63,287 bases of DNA, from positions 1 through 63,287 of IMG/VR virus record IMGVR_UViG_3300042868_006184. One strand, 5' to 3'. The position numbers were made by a program, and so were the translations under genes. How positions within the stretch are numbered: position 1 is the stretch's first letter; each line of letters starts with the position of its first letter. The notes under the pieces were generated by a model, which was given only the letters and a program-made list of their open reading frames with translations, was not told where the DNA came from and ran no database searches. The DNA comes from a virus (taxonomy: Duplodnaviria; Caudoviricetes). This document shows, in pieces, positions 1 to 8,774 of the stretch.

Positions 1-127
1 CTATTGATTATCAATAAGTTAAGATATTAATGCAAAATATATTCGCAGGAAAGTTGCAATTAAAGAAAAAGTTTATATCTTTGTATCACCAAAGCAATTA
101 CGCAATGGGTAAATTAAATAATTATGA
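1..127 (+). repeat. Left terminal inverted repeat (127 bp, perfect)
   Basis: 1-127 is the exact reverse complement of 63161-63287; identity ends one base after the ATG of each terminal gene. Confidence 0.97.
9..123 (+). promoter_or_regulatory. Early promoter: IHF-consensus site, Bacteroidota -7 element and conserved leader hairpin
   Basis: TATCAATAAGTTA (WATCAAnnnnTTR) at 9-21; TATCTTTG at 76-83; leader CCAAAGCAATTACGCAATGG. Confidence 0.7.
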
Positions 128-513
128 AAATTCAATTAGAACAAAACGAATCAGAGGAATACTTTTACAATGCACTTTGCAATGGACTTAGCTACATTAG
201 TGACTATGGTCTTGCTCTTGACTTTGATAAAGGAGCATACAAAGATGCTAAAGAAAGCCTTGTAGCTAAACAAAAAGATACTTGCTTTGAGGACGTACTT
301 ATGGAATTGCTTAGAATGGGTGGTACTCTAACAATGATTGATGAAGAAGGTGAAGGAGATATGACTAAATCAATCACAATCAAAGAAGTACACGAAAGAG
401 TGGCTCAAACTCCTTTTAGTCACCTTGTAAACATGGTAGATGGTAATGACGATGCAGAAACGGCTGACGTTATTCTTCAAACAGTTTTCTTTCAAGAAAT
501 AGTATTCGGATAA
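124..513 (+). CDS. Hypothetical early phage protein
   Basis: 129-aa acidic ORF ending DAETADVILQTVFFQEIVFG, a C-terminus type seen in phage early proteins. Confidence 0.7.
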   Translation: MKIQLEQNESEEYFYNALCNGLSYISDYGLALDFDKGAYKDAKESLVAKQKDTCFEDVLMELLRMGGTLTMIDEEGEGDMTKSITIKEVHERVAQTPFSHLVNMVDGNDDAETADVILQTVFFQEIVFG

Positions 514-573
514 CAAAAAATACAGGGATGCGACTTGATACGCATAATTTTTTAAATATAACATAAAAAAATC

Positions 574-813
574 ATGGACTGGAAAAATAGCCTAGACAAA
601 TATCTTACCACCGAACCTCAAGACAATTTTGAGGATTGGTGTGAAGAAGTAGTAAATAGCTTTAGCGATGCGTTTTATACGCAAAATGAAGCATGGATTG
701 AAGAACATAGTGGGCAATGCAATAAATGGCTCAATTCATTGTATAATCGTAACAAGGACGCAAGTGAATCGTCACTAATAATACAACGGGCATTTAATAA
801 TTATGGCAGGTAA
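574..813 (+). CDS. Hypothetical protein
   Basis: 79-aa ORF with A-rich leader. Confidence 0.65.
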   Translation: MDWKNSLDKYLTTEPQDNFEDWCEEVVNSFSDAFYTQNEAWIEEHSGQCNKWLNSLYNRNKDASESSLIIQRAFNNYGR

Positions 814-863
814 CGGACGAGGCTAAACAATCGTTTTAATGTGGTTTATACCTTGTTAACTGC
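806..863. repeat. attC-like imperfect palindrome
   Basis: GCAGGTAAC...GTTAACTGC with inner AGGCTAAAC/GTTTATACCT pairing; GCAGGTAAC recurs at 1701-1709. Confidence 0.45.
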
Positions 864-928
864 TGGTGTGGTTTATTTAGCAGGATTTTGATTTGAAAAC
901 GAATAGAAAATTTAAAAAGTTTTAGAGT

Positions 929-1681
929 ATGAAATATATGGGAAGTAAGGCGAGATTTAGTAAAGAGATTTTGCCGATAATATTAAAAGACAGAACATCC
1001 GAACAATGGTATATTGAGCCATTTGCAGGAGGTATGAACGCAATTTGTGAAGTAGGTGGCAATAGACTTGCTAATGACAAAAATTTGCACCTAATAGCAA
1101 TGTGGAAAGGTTTATCAGAAAATCGTGAAAGACCTACTGAAATATCAAAGGAACTTTATAACAAAGCAAGAACTGAATATAATAACGGAACTAATATAGA
1201 ATTTGACGATTTTATGATTGGGTGGATTGGTTGGATGGGTTCTGCAAATGGTAGATTTTTTGATGGTGGATATTCTGGTAAATCAAATACAAAAATTGGA
1301 ACGGTAAGAGATTACATTAAGGAAGCAATAAGTAATATTAAAAAGCAATTACCAAAGATGATAGGCGTTCAATTTGAGAACAAAGATTATACTGAATTGG
1401 AAATACCCGCAAACAGTATTATTTATTGCGACATTCCATATCAAGGAACTAAACAATATTCCACATCAAAAGACTTTAATCATTCAAATTTTTGGATTTG
1501 GTGCAGAGAAAAGGCAAAACAAGGACACACAATTTTCGTAAGTGAATATGAAGCACCTACTGACTTTGAATGTGTTTGGCAAACGGAAGCAAAATCTTCT
1601 TTATCGGCAAATGGTGTGATAGGTGGAAACAAGGTGAGTGTGGAAAAACTTTTTAAATTTTCTCCCACAAATGCTAATTAG
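929..1681 (+). CDS. Dam-like (D12 class) DNA adenine methyltransferase
   Basis: KYMGSK, EPFAGG SAM-binding motif, YCDIPY catalytic motif, FVSEY. Confidence 0.9.
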   Translation: MKYMGSKARFSKEILPIILKDRTSEQWYIEPFAGGMNAICEVGGNRLANDKNLHLIAMWKGLSENRERPTEISKELYNKARTEYNNGTNIEFDDFMIGWIGWMGSANGRFFDGGYSGKSNTKIGTVRDYIKEAISNIKKQLPKMIGVQFENKDYTELEIPANSIIYCDIPYQGTKQYSTSKDFNHSNFWIWCREKAKQGHTIFVSEYEAPTDFECVWQTEAKSSLSANGVIGGNKVSVEKLFKFSPTNAN

Positions 1682-1750
1682 AAGCACTATCGTAGCACTT
1701 GCAGGTAACTACCTATCTCCAAAAATTACTCACAAAGCAAAAATAAACAC

Positions 1751-2317
1751 ATGGAAAGCATAGAACCAATAGTCAGTATAATTATTCTAAAAAATAGAGA
1801 GAATGAGAATATAAGCCATTGTTATAGTAGCATGAATGTTGTTCAAAATAGTAACAGGTTTGAGTTTAACGAAGATAAAAAAGTAATTGATGAAGTATGT
1901 GGGATTCATGTAAATGTCAAGGAATGCACCATTAAAACGCTATTAAGCACTTTACTTGAATGCCAAACTAGATATGCTTGTATTATAAAATCAAATGTGT
2001 TGGTGGAGGATAATTTTTTAACTGAAATGTTATTTCACTATGAGAATATCAAGAACTCTGGTATCGTATATTTGCTTGAAGATATGAAAGAACACGAAAT
2101 TACTCCCATGCCAAACAATGATGATGAATTTACTCCTTTGCTTTTAGGTATCAATAGTGGTGCAATTAAAAGAGATATTTTCTTCTTTAGAACGTATGTT
2201 GTTCACGAATTAGAAAATAGGGATTGCGATACTATCATTGATAATATCTTCAAATATTGTGTTAATAATGGGAGATTCATCTATGCAATTACAAGCAGTT
2301 TTATACTTAAAAAGTAG
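1751..2317 (+). CDS. Hypothetical protein, possibly a degenerate GT-A glycosyltransferase
   Basis: VSIIIL N-terminal strand and YACIIKSNVLVEDNFL resemble a GT2 core lacking DxD. Confidence 0.4.
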   Translation: MESIEPIVSIIILKNRENENISHCYSSMNVVQNSNRFEFNEDKKVIDEVCGIHVNVKECTIKTLLSTLLECQTRYACIIKSNVLVEDNFLTEMLFHYENIKNSGIVYLLEDMKEHEITPMPNNDDEFTPLLLGINSGAIKRDIFFFRTYVVHELENRDCDTIIDNIFKYCVNNGRFIYAITSSFILKK

Positions 2318-2352
2318 GTAATTTTAGTATGTTAATAACTTTATATAAAATA

Positions 2353-2426
2353 AAAGTTGTAATTAAATAAAAAGATATTATATTTGTATCACCAAAGCAA
2401 TTCAGCGATGGTTAAATTAAATAAAA
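2353..2426 (+). promoter_or_regulatory. Internal copy of the early promoter/leader
   Basis: TATATTTG 2379-2386 followed by TATCACCAAAGCAATTCAGCGATGG, homologous to the terminal repeat. Confidence 0.75.
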
Positions 2427-2606
2427 ATGAAAGCAACAAATTGGATTCCAAAACCTAGCGACTTAGTTAGATGGGAAGGTAAAATTTTTAAAGTTGTTAG
2501 TATTGATTTCGGAGGTAAGTGTAGAATCAAACAATTTACAACTACAAAAAGAATTGGCAAGACATTTACAGATATTGATGTATCTGAACTTAAAAAAGTG
2601 AGTTAA
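2427..2606 (+). CDS. Small beta-rich hypothetical protein (59 aa, not in ORF track)
   Basis: MKATNWIPKPSDLVRWEGKIFKVV...ELKKVS*, directly after the repeated promoter. Confidence 0.65.
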   Translation: MKATNWIPKPSDLVRWEGKIFKVVSIDFGGKCRIKQFTTTKRIGKTFTDIDVSELKKVS

Positions 2607-2635
2607 AAATTTTAAAAATAACTAAATTATAAATT

Positions 2636-2908
2636 ATGACAAAAATACTCCAAACAACAATCGTAAACGATAACGATGTTCAGATTATCGTAGATTTTGA
2701 AGCTACTCAAAACTATAATGAAATTGAGTATCCAGATGAGCAACCGAACAGCATGGAAATGACCTATATTTATAGAATCCTTCGTGTATCGTTGGTAATG
2801 GGTAAGAATACCTTAGATATTACCAACAAATGCAAGGATACAGACTTTAGGGAGTTCCTACATGAGCAGATTGATATAGATATTCACGACTTGTTTGAAC
2901 CTAGATAA
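2636..2908 (+). CDS. Hypothetical protein
   Basis: 90-aa ORF in operon. Confidence 0.6.
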   Translation: MTKILQTTIVNDNDVQIIVDFEATQNYNEIEYPDEQPNSMEMTYIYRILRVSLVMGKNTLDITNKCKDTDFREFLHEQIDIDIHDLFEPR

Positions 2909-2916
2909 TTGATAGC

Positions 2917-3138
2917 ATGAAGAAACTACTTTATAGCAAGATAATTAAATTACTTAGCGAAAACAATTTAGTGCAGGATGCTATCATGGATTCACTCCAA
3001 CAATCAAAGTTTATAATATCAAAAGATTCACTTTATAGCACTTTGCGAGAGATGGTAAGAAAGAACCTTATTCAGAGGTTAGATAGTCCATTAGGCTTTA
3101 AAAATAACATTTATTATATCACAAAAAAAACCAATTAA
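2917..3138 (+). CDS. Small winged-helix-like protein
   Basis: SKDSLYSTLREMVRKNLIQR...YYIT fits a wHTH pattern. Confidence 0.55.
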   Translation: MKKLLYSKIIKLLSENNLVQDAIMDSLQQSKFIISKDSLYSTLREMVRKNLIQRLDSPLGFKNNIYYITKKTN

Positions 3139-3144
3139 AAAATT

Positions 3145-4101
3145 ATGGCAAAATCACAAGAGAGCAATGCTCCAGCGAAAGCACAAGAAACGCAAACAAC
3201 ACAAGTTGCAAATCCAAATACCAAAATGTCAAATTTAGGTGTAAAAGACTTATTTAGTCAGCCAATGATTAAAGCAAAGTTTTCGGAGTTATTAGGCAAA
3301 AGAGCAAGTCAGTTTATGACAAGTGTATTACAAATCGTAGCAAGTAACGATATGCTAAAAAATGCAGATGCAGTTACTATCTTTAATGCCTCGTTAATGA
3401 GTGCAACACTAGACCTACCAATTAACAACAATTTAGGCTTTGCTTATATCGTTCCATTCAATAATCGTCAAAAGGATGGCAATTTTAAAGTAGAAGCATC
3501 GTTTCAGATAGGTTATAAAGGATTCAAGCAATTAGCAATTAGAAGTGGGCAATATCTTAGCTTGGATTCAAAGCCAGTGTTTGAGGGACAAAAAATTCAA
3601 GACAACACGTTCTTGGGTTATCACTTTGATTGGTCAGCTAAAACAAGCGATAAAATCGTAGGATATGCAAGTAATTTCGTATTACACAATGGATTTGAAA
3701 GTACATTCTATATGGATTTCGCAGATGTAGAAGCACACGCAAAGAAGTATTCTCAAAGTTACAAAAAAGGATATGGCTTTTGGGCAGATGGATTCGATAA
3801 AATGGCTTTAAAAACTGTTACCAAGCTACATTTGAATAGTGGTGAAGCACCTTTGTCAATAGAGATGCAAACAGCGATAGAAAGCGACTTATCAATCGTT
3901 AGAGAGGATGGTGCAATCACTTACCCAGATAATGAACATAAATTGCCATCAATTGCAGAGGTTTCAGCAGATAAAGAGAAAGCAAGGGTTATAGAGCATA
4001 TAAACTCACTTACAACTATTGAGCAACTTCAAGCATTTAGAGATACGGCAAAAGCCAATGGATGCGAAACTGAATTAAACGACAAAATTTTATCAATCTA
4101 A
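3145..4101 (+). CDS. recT: RecT/Bet-family single-strand annealing recombinase
   Basis: ATLDLPINNNLGFAYIVPF, FQIGYKGFKQLAIRSGQY, MALKTVTK. Confidence 0.92.
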   Translation: MAKSQESNAPAKAQETQTTQVANPNTKMSNLGVKDLFSQPMIKAKFSELLGKRASQFMTSVLQIVASNDMLKNADAVTIFNASLMSATLDLPINNNLGFAYIVPFNNRQKDGNFKVEASFQIGYKGFKQLAIRSGQYLSLDSKPVFEGQKIQDNTFLGYHFDWSAKTSDKIVGYASNFVLHNGFESTFYMDFADVEAHAKKYSQSYKKGYGFWADGFDKMALKTVTKLHLNSGEAPLSIEMQTAIESDLSIVREDGAITYPDNEHKLPSIAEVSADKEKARVIEHINSLTTIEQLQAFRDTAKANGCETELNDKILSI

Positions 4102-4116
4102 TAAATAAAAATAATC

Positions 4117-4398
4117 ATGCAAGTAAATAAAATAGCACTAACAAAAAGTCTAAAAGTATTAAGAGCAATTAAGCACCCACTAAGACAACAAATTATAAAC
4201 AAAATAGAAAGCGAAGGTTCAATAAATGTCACTCAATTGATAGCATCATTTGATTTAGTGCAGTCGGTTGTTTCACAACAACTAGCTATACTTAGAAATG
4301 CAGAACTTGTTATTGCAAAAAGAGATGGTAAGCAAGTATTCTACTCAATAAACTTAGAGAGAATAGAATTAATCAATAACTTAATTAGCCAATTTTAA
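4117..4398 (+). CDS. ArsR/SmtB-family HTH regulator
   Basis: LRAIKHPLRQQI...QSVVSQQLAILRNAELV...RDGKQVFYSI. Confidence 0.9.
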   Translation: MQVNKIALTKSLKVLRAIKHPLRQQIINKIESEGSINVTQLIASFDLVQSVVSQQLAILRNAELVIAKRDGKQVFYSINLERIELINNLISQF

Positions 4399-4403
4399 TT
4401 ATC

Positions 4404-5120
4404 ATGCCAAGCGAAATATTGTTTCGTGCATCCAAAGTAGGTGCATTAACGACTAATCCTAAAAGTGTTGAGGACAAAAAAGCAAATAACCTTTCAGAAG
4501 GTGCTAAGACGTTTGTAGAAGAGGTTTGGTTGCAAAAGAATCATAATTATAGAGAAGTAGTGGTTACAGACCAAATGATTAAAGGAAACGAGGGTGAGCA
4601 GGATGCTATGGACTTAATTCTTAAAGTACGCAAAGATGGTATCTTTAGAGAGAAGTACAAGGGTGAGCAGTTATACAACAAGTTTGTGACAGGCAATCCA
4701 GATATAGTAATTCCACAAATCAAAGTTGTTGAGGATACAAAATGTTCTTTTACCATCAAAACATTCATGTCTTCTGAAATGAAAGTTATTTACGAATGGC
4801 AATTACGTTCTTATATGTCTTTACTTCGTGATAATGGAATTGATGTCGATACCGCTCGTTTAATGTATTGCTTAGTTCAAACACCTCAAAGAGTTATTGA
4901 GGAAGAGAAAAAGCGTTACTACTTTAAGTTCGGATGCGATGAAGATAATCAAGATTACATTGATATTTGCAAACAAATTGACCTTAACCATAACATTGAC
5001 CACATACCTTTAGAAAAGCGTTTAAAGACCTTTGAAATCAAGCATGACGAGGAGAAAATTAAGTTGTTGGAAGCAAAGATTTGGAAGGCAAGGGAGTATT
5101 ATGATACAATAAGTTTATAA
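4404..5120 (+). CDS. YqaJ/lambda-exonuclease-like nuclease (RecT partner)
   Basis: FRAS, KGNEGE, TGNPDI, EDTKCS, YEWQLRSYM PD-(D/E)xK pattern; next to recT. Confidence 0.8.
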   Translation: MPSEILFRASKVGALTTNPKSVEDKKANNLSEGAKTFVEEVWLQKNHNYREVVVTDQMIKGNEGEQDAMDLILKVRKDGIFREKYKGEQLYNKFVTGNPDIVIPQIKVVEDTKCSFTIKTFMSSEMKVIYEWQLRSYMSLLRDNGIDVDTARLMYCLVQTPQRVIEEEKKRYYFKFGCDEDNQDYIDICKQIDLNHNIDHIPLEKRLKTFEIKHDEEKIKLLEAKIWKAREYYDTISL

Positions 5121-5125
5121 AACAA

Positions 5126-5254
5126 TATAGGTGTGTCCAAACATTACAGAAAATAAGCGAAGAATAAGTATGTCAGCAGAGTAATGATGTGGTAATTTCT
5201 ATGAAGCCAATGATTTTAATACTTTCTTGTTGGTGGAGAACAAGCACACTTATA
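5126..5254 (+). ncRNA. Candidate structured intergenic RNA
   Basis: TATAGGTGTG pairs with CACACTTATA and encloses CATTAC/GTAATG and CTTGTT/AACAAG stems in a 200-bp non-coding gap. Confidence 0.35.
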
Positions 5255-5322
5255 AATTTATTATGTGTCAAAGCATATAAAATAGCAATTATCAATCAAA
5301 TCATATTTAAAAACATATAAAA

Positions 5323-5541
5323 ATGGAAAAGCAAACAGCAGTAGAATGGTTAGAAATGCAGATAGTTAAACTTGAAAAAGATTATGCTATCCCACATAAA
5401 ATTTATAAGTTATGCGAACAAGCCAAAGAAATGGAAAAAAAACAGATAATAGATGCCGTATATGATGGTATGGGAACAAATTTTGACCCTAACATGGGTA
5501 GAGCAAGACAATATTACAATCAAAAATATAAACAAGACTAA
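5323..5541 (+). CDS. Small phage hypothetical protein
   Basis: KQTAVEWL...QAKEMEKKQIIDA pattern, common in Bacteroidota phages. Confidence 0.75.
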   Translation: MEKQTAVEWLEMQIVKLEKDYAIPHKIYKLCEQAKEMEKKQIIDAVYDGMGTNFDPNMGRARQYYNQKYKQD

Positions 5542-5542
5542 G

Positions 5543-5839
5543 ATGCAAAAGATATACATAAGTGGTAAGATTACTGGCATGGTCGATGAAGCAAGAGTTT
5601 TATTCGACAAAGCAGAAATTAAACTTAAAGAGATGGGGTTTCATCCTATCAATCCAATGAATTTACCAGATAATCACGATAAAAAATGGACTTCATATCT
5701 AAAAGTATGTATCAAGGCTATGTGTGATTGCGATTCTATTTATATGCTTGAAAATTGGAGAATGAGTAAGGGTGCAGGTTTAGAATATTTTTTAGCGAAA
5801 AAACTTAACATGGATATTATCTATGAATCTCAAAAGTAA
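5543..5839 (+). CDS. DUF4406 / nucleoside deoxyribosyltransferase-like protein
   Basis: KIYISGKITG, PINP, CDSIYMLENWRMSKGAGLE; start moved to ATG 5543. Confidence 0.85.
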   Translation: MQKIYISGKITGMVDEARVLFDKAEIKLKEMGFHPINPMNLPDNHDKKWTSYLKVCIKAMCDCDSIYMLENWRMSKGAGLEYFLAKKLNMDIIYESQK

Positions 5840-6056
5840 AACCAATATACACTTCCTTCAGCACTTATTATTTAGACTTCATTATAGGTTATTTCTCATA
5901 GGAACAAACAAAGCAAACAAGAGTGACTACGAAATTAATGAGGATGAAATTACAAAAATGAAAACAATAGTTGAAATAAGTAAGTGCGAAAACGAATTGA
6001 TTAAGCAAAAAGTTATATTTTTGTCACAGATTAAATCAATAAAAAGTGAAGATTAA
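5823..6056 (+). CDS. Hypothetical protein
   Basis: Overlapping operon ORF. Confidence 0.5.
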   Translation: MNLKSKTNIHFLQHLLFRLHYRLFLIGTNKANKSDYEINEDEITKMKTIVEISKCENELIKQKVIFLSQIKSIKSED

Positions 6057-6249
6057 GTGTGTAAGGCAAATAGCAATGATAGATATAACTAAGGAGTTAA
6101 GGAGATGTCAAAAAAGAACTCAATATGCAATAGATGGGGTGAAATACTTTGAATATTGGAATCTTAATGCAAAGGATGTTTTTACAAAAAAACAAGCAAA
6201 ATTGAATAGATTACTTAAAATAAACGTATTAAATTATCAAAAGAAATAG
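6046..6249 (+). CDS. Hypothetical protein
   Basis: Operon ORF. Confidence 0.45.
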   Translation: MKIKCVRQIAMIDITKELRRCQKRTQYAIDGVKYFEYWNLNAKDVFTKKQAKLNRLLKINVLNYQKK

Positions 6250-6251
6250 AG

Positions 6252-6539
6252 ATGGAAACCTTTGAAGCAACAAAAGAAAAATTAACAGAATTTATTGCAA
6301 ACACAATACTTGCTCAAAGTGGTAATGTTGAAAAGCCAAACTTTACTAATAGGCACTTTATGAATACTATAATTATCTTCCAAAACGCATTGATGGATAA
6401 GATGTATGATAATCAAAACTACGATGATATGGATATTGAAGACCGCTTAAAGATGGTTGAAACTTGTGGTAACGAATTAAGAAAATTGATACATACCTAT
6501 ACAGGATTAGATACACATAAAATAGAAGATTTCCTTTAA
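6252..6539 (+). CDS. Hypothetical protein
   Basis: 95-aa ORF ending LRKLIHTYTGLDTH. Confidence 0.65.
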   Translation: METFEATKEKLTEFIANTILAQSGNVEKPNFTNRHFMNTIIIFQNALMDKMYDNQNYDDMDIEDRLKMVETCGNELRKLIHTYTGLDTHKIEDFL

Positions 6540-6559
6540 ACATTAATAAATTAACAATT

Positions 6560-7273
6560 ATGAAATTAGCAGTATTAATACCTACCTACCAGCGTTCAGA
6601 TGGCAAAACACCTTTCTACTTAAAAAGAGCCATTGATTCAGTAATGGAACAACACCACGAAGACTTCAAAATATTTGTTATTGGTGATAGATACGAGAAT
6701 AATTTGGAATTTGAATCCATATTAAGCCAATACGACAAAGATAAACTTGAATATATCAATTTGCCTATTGCATTAGAAAGAGATGCTTACGGACACAATA
6801 AACTAGCTTTATGGAACTATGGAGGGGTTAATGCAAATAACGTAGGAGTTGAAATGATACTCAAACAAGGATTAAAGTATGTATGCCATTTAGACCATGA
6901 CGATAGATGGGCAAAACGACACCTAAAAGCTATTAATGATTGCATAGAAAGTACAGGTGCAGACTTTATATGCACTAAATCAACTTACAAAGATGTAGGA
7001 ACATTGCCACAATTGTACACAGATAAAAAGTTTGTAAAGATTAGTCCACGTCCAGAAACATTGATTCATTCAAGCACTTGCATAAACTTTGAAACGATAC
7101 ATTTTAGATATAGGGATTTGTTTACCGAAAGAGGTAGTGTAGGTATGCCTAGCGATGCTGATATGTGGTTGCGAATAGGTGCTTATGTAGATATTCTCCC
7201 ACAAATAAATGCCTACATGGTAAATGAGGTTACTTGTATGCACGATGAAGAGGGATTTGAACGATTAAAATAA
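6560..7273 (+). CDS. GT2-family glycosyltransferase
   Basis: AVLIPTYQR, RAIDSV, VCHLDHDD (DxD), DADMW. Confidence 0.88.
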   Translation: MKLAVLIPTYQRSDGKTPFYLKRAIDSVMEQHHEDFKIFVIGDRYENNLEFESILSQYDKDKLEYINLPIALERDAYGHNKLALWNYGGVNANNVGVEMILKQGLKYVCHLDHDDRWAKRHLKAINDCIESTGADFICTKSTYKDVGTLPQLYTDKKFVKISPRPETLIHSSTCINFETIHFRYRDLFTERGSVGMPSDADMWLRIGAYVDILPQINAYMVNEVTCMHDEEGFERLK

Positions 7274-7300
7274 TAAATATTAAAAAAAAACTTAAAAATT

Positions 7301-7540
7301 ATGTTAGAAGAAAAAAAACAATCAGAAGTAAGAAAGTCGTGGGAATACGAAAATGGAGTTCCTACTAACTTTAAAGTTACAACAGTAGACAAAGAATATG
7401 ATTTTGTGCATCCAGATAAAGTGAAGGAAATTGTTAGTAGATTTGAGAAAAGAATACTTGATTTAGAACAAAGCATAGCCTTTCAAAAAGCTACTTTAAA
7501 CAAAATAAATAGATTGATTTCAGACACTAATCCTTTCTAA
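7301..7540 (+). CDS. Hypothetical protein
   Basis: 79-aa ORF with coiled-coil C-terminus. Confidence 0.6.
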   Translation: MLEEKKQSEVRKSWEYENGVPTNFKVTTVDKEYDFVHPDKVKEIVSRFEKRILDLEQSIAFQKATLNKINRLISDTNPF

Positions 7541-7545
7541 AAGCC

Positions 7546-8106
7546 ATGAGAAAATATAACATAAAAAGGCTTAGATTCCTTCAAGAGAACGAATGGAAGT
7601 GTAGTTGCATAACTCTAGTGGGAACATATATTATTAACTTGAATCAAATGGGTATTTATAGTTTATTAGAACCAATGCACAATTTTAATATAGGCAATTT
7701 TGATGAATTGTTTGAGGCAAAAGACAAAGCACAAGAACATTTTGAAAACCTGCTAATGCCATATCTTCAAGAAGTACAAGACAAAAACCATTTAGATATT
7801 CATTATCATGCAAACGAATGGATAAAAAATATACATGAGATAGAGATTGCCAGAGAACGATTGATAAGAGAAACAAACCTTGAATGGACTAGCGAATATG
7901 TAGTACAAGCAATACAAATGTTCGTCAAAAACTTAGTTTCAGAGGGTGATACAAATAAAACCCTTGTTGACTTTAGAAAATATTTTTATAACTTTACAAA
8001 ATATAGAATTAATAATGCTTCCACAAATAGTAAAAAAGGAAAAGGAACAAATGACACTCGCAATAGCGAACAAAGATTGCAAGATGCTTTTCAAATGTTT
8101 GACTAA
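7546..8106 (+). CDS. Hypothetical protein, C-terminus resembles a phage replication initiator tail
   Basis: DFRKYFYNF followed by a basic tail; lies upstream of a loader-like gene. Confidence 0.4.
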   Translation: MRKYNIKRLRFLQENEWKCSCITLVGTYIINLNQMGIYSLLEPMHNFNIGNFDELFEAKDKAQEHFENLLMPYLQEVQDKNHLDIHYHANEWIKNIHEIEIARERLIRETNLEWTSEYVVQAIQMFVKNLVSEGDTNKTLVDFRKYFYNFTKYRINNASTNSKKGKGTNDTRNSEQRLQDAFQMFD

Positions 8107-8677
8107 CATTGAAATAACAGGAACAACAACCCTAGACCAAGTTAGATTAATGAAAACAGAACCATTAACCTCAATGATTGTTAAAAAACAAGATGGTACG
8201 GCAGACAAAAAAGGTTGTTACACAATGATTTATCTTTGTTTGGAGAATATATTTCAACATTTCGGAGAAGATACCACAAATGATGCTTTAAAAAGCCAGT
8301 TAAAGAGTGCATCGATAACTATTTATAGCGAATATTACTATATGAAAATTGCCGAGTGGAGTTATTTTATGCAGAAAGCAAAAGCATTAAAGTTTGGTGA
8401 GAATAAATTGTATGGTAAATTGACTATTGCCACCATTATATCGTGGTTATTGGATTATAGTTCGCAAATGGATGAAGTTATTGTCAATTCTCAATACTTA
8501 GAACATGATAAAAATACACATAGTGAGAAAGTGCCACAAATTGAACGTGTAAAAGATAAAAATGATAAAGAGGTTTTGCTTCGTGAAAATATGGCAAAAG
8601 CTATGAGTGGTGATTTTCGTAGCCATGAGGAGAAGTTGGCAGATTTTAAACAAAAAATATCGAACAATGAAATCTAA
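8051..8677 (+). CDS. Putative replication accessory protein (DUF6633/helicase-loader-like)
   Basis: IYSEYYYMKIAEW...KFG..LYGKLTIATIISWL pattern of Bacteroidota phages; start uncertain. Confidence 0.5.
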   Translation: MTLAIANKDCKMLFKCLTNIEITGTTTLDQVRLMKTEPLTSMIVKKQDGTADKKGCYTMIYLCLENIFQHFGEDTTNDALKSQLKSASITIYSEYYYMKIAEWSYFMQKAKALKFGENKLYGKLTIATIISWLLDYSSQMDEVIVNSQYLEHDKNTHSEKVPQIERVKDKNDKEVLLRENMAKAMSGDFRSHEEKLADFKQKISNNEI

Positions 8678-8751
8678 AATGCCTTTAATAGTAGAAGCGT
8701 TTGTAATAGCATTCTTTCTATACCTTTTAATTCAAATAATCTTTATTTTAA

Positions 8752-8774
8752 TATAAAAAACATTATGTACGGAG
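8752..8774 (+). repeat. 23-bp direct repeat, copy 1 (copy 2 at 9513-9535)
   Basis: TATAAAAAACATTATGTACGGAG is identical at the starts of the MTase and VRR-NUC genes. Confidence 0.9.

Noticed and set aside
3-17. Terminal palindrome TATTGAT-T-ATCAATA as a hairpin telomere
   Set aside because: No protelomerase is seen, a related box occurs internally near 61180, and the contig end may be an assembly boundary
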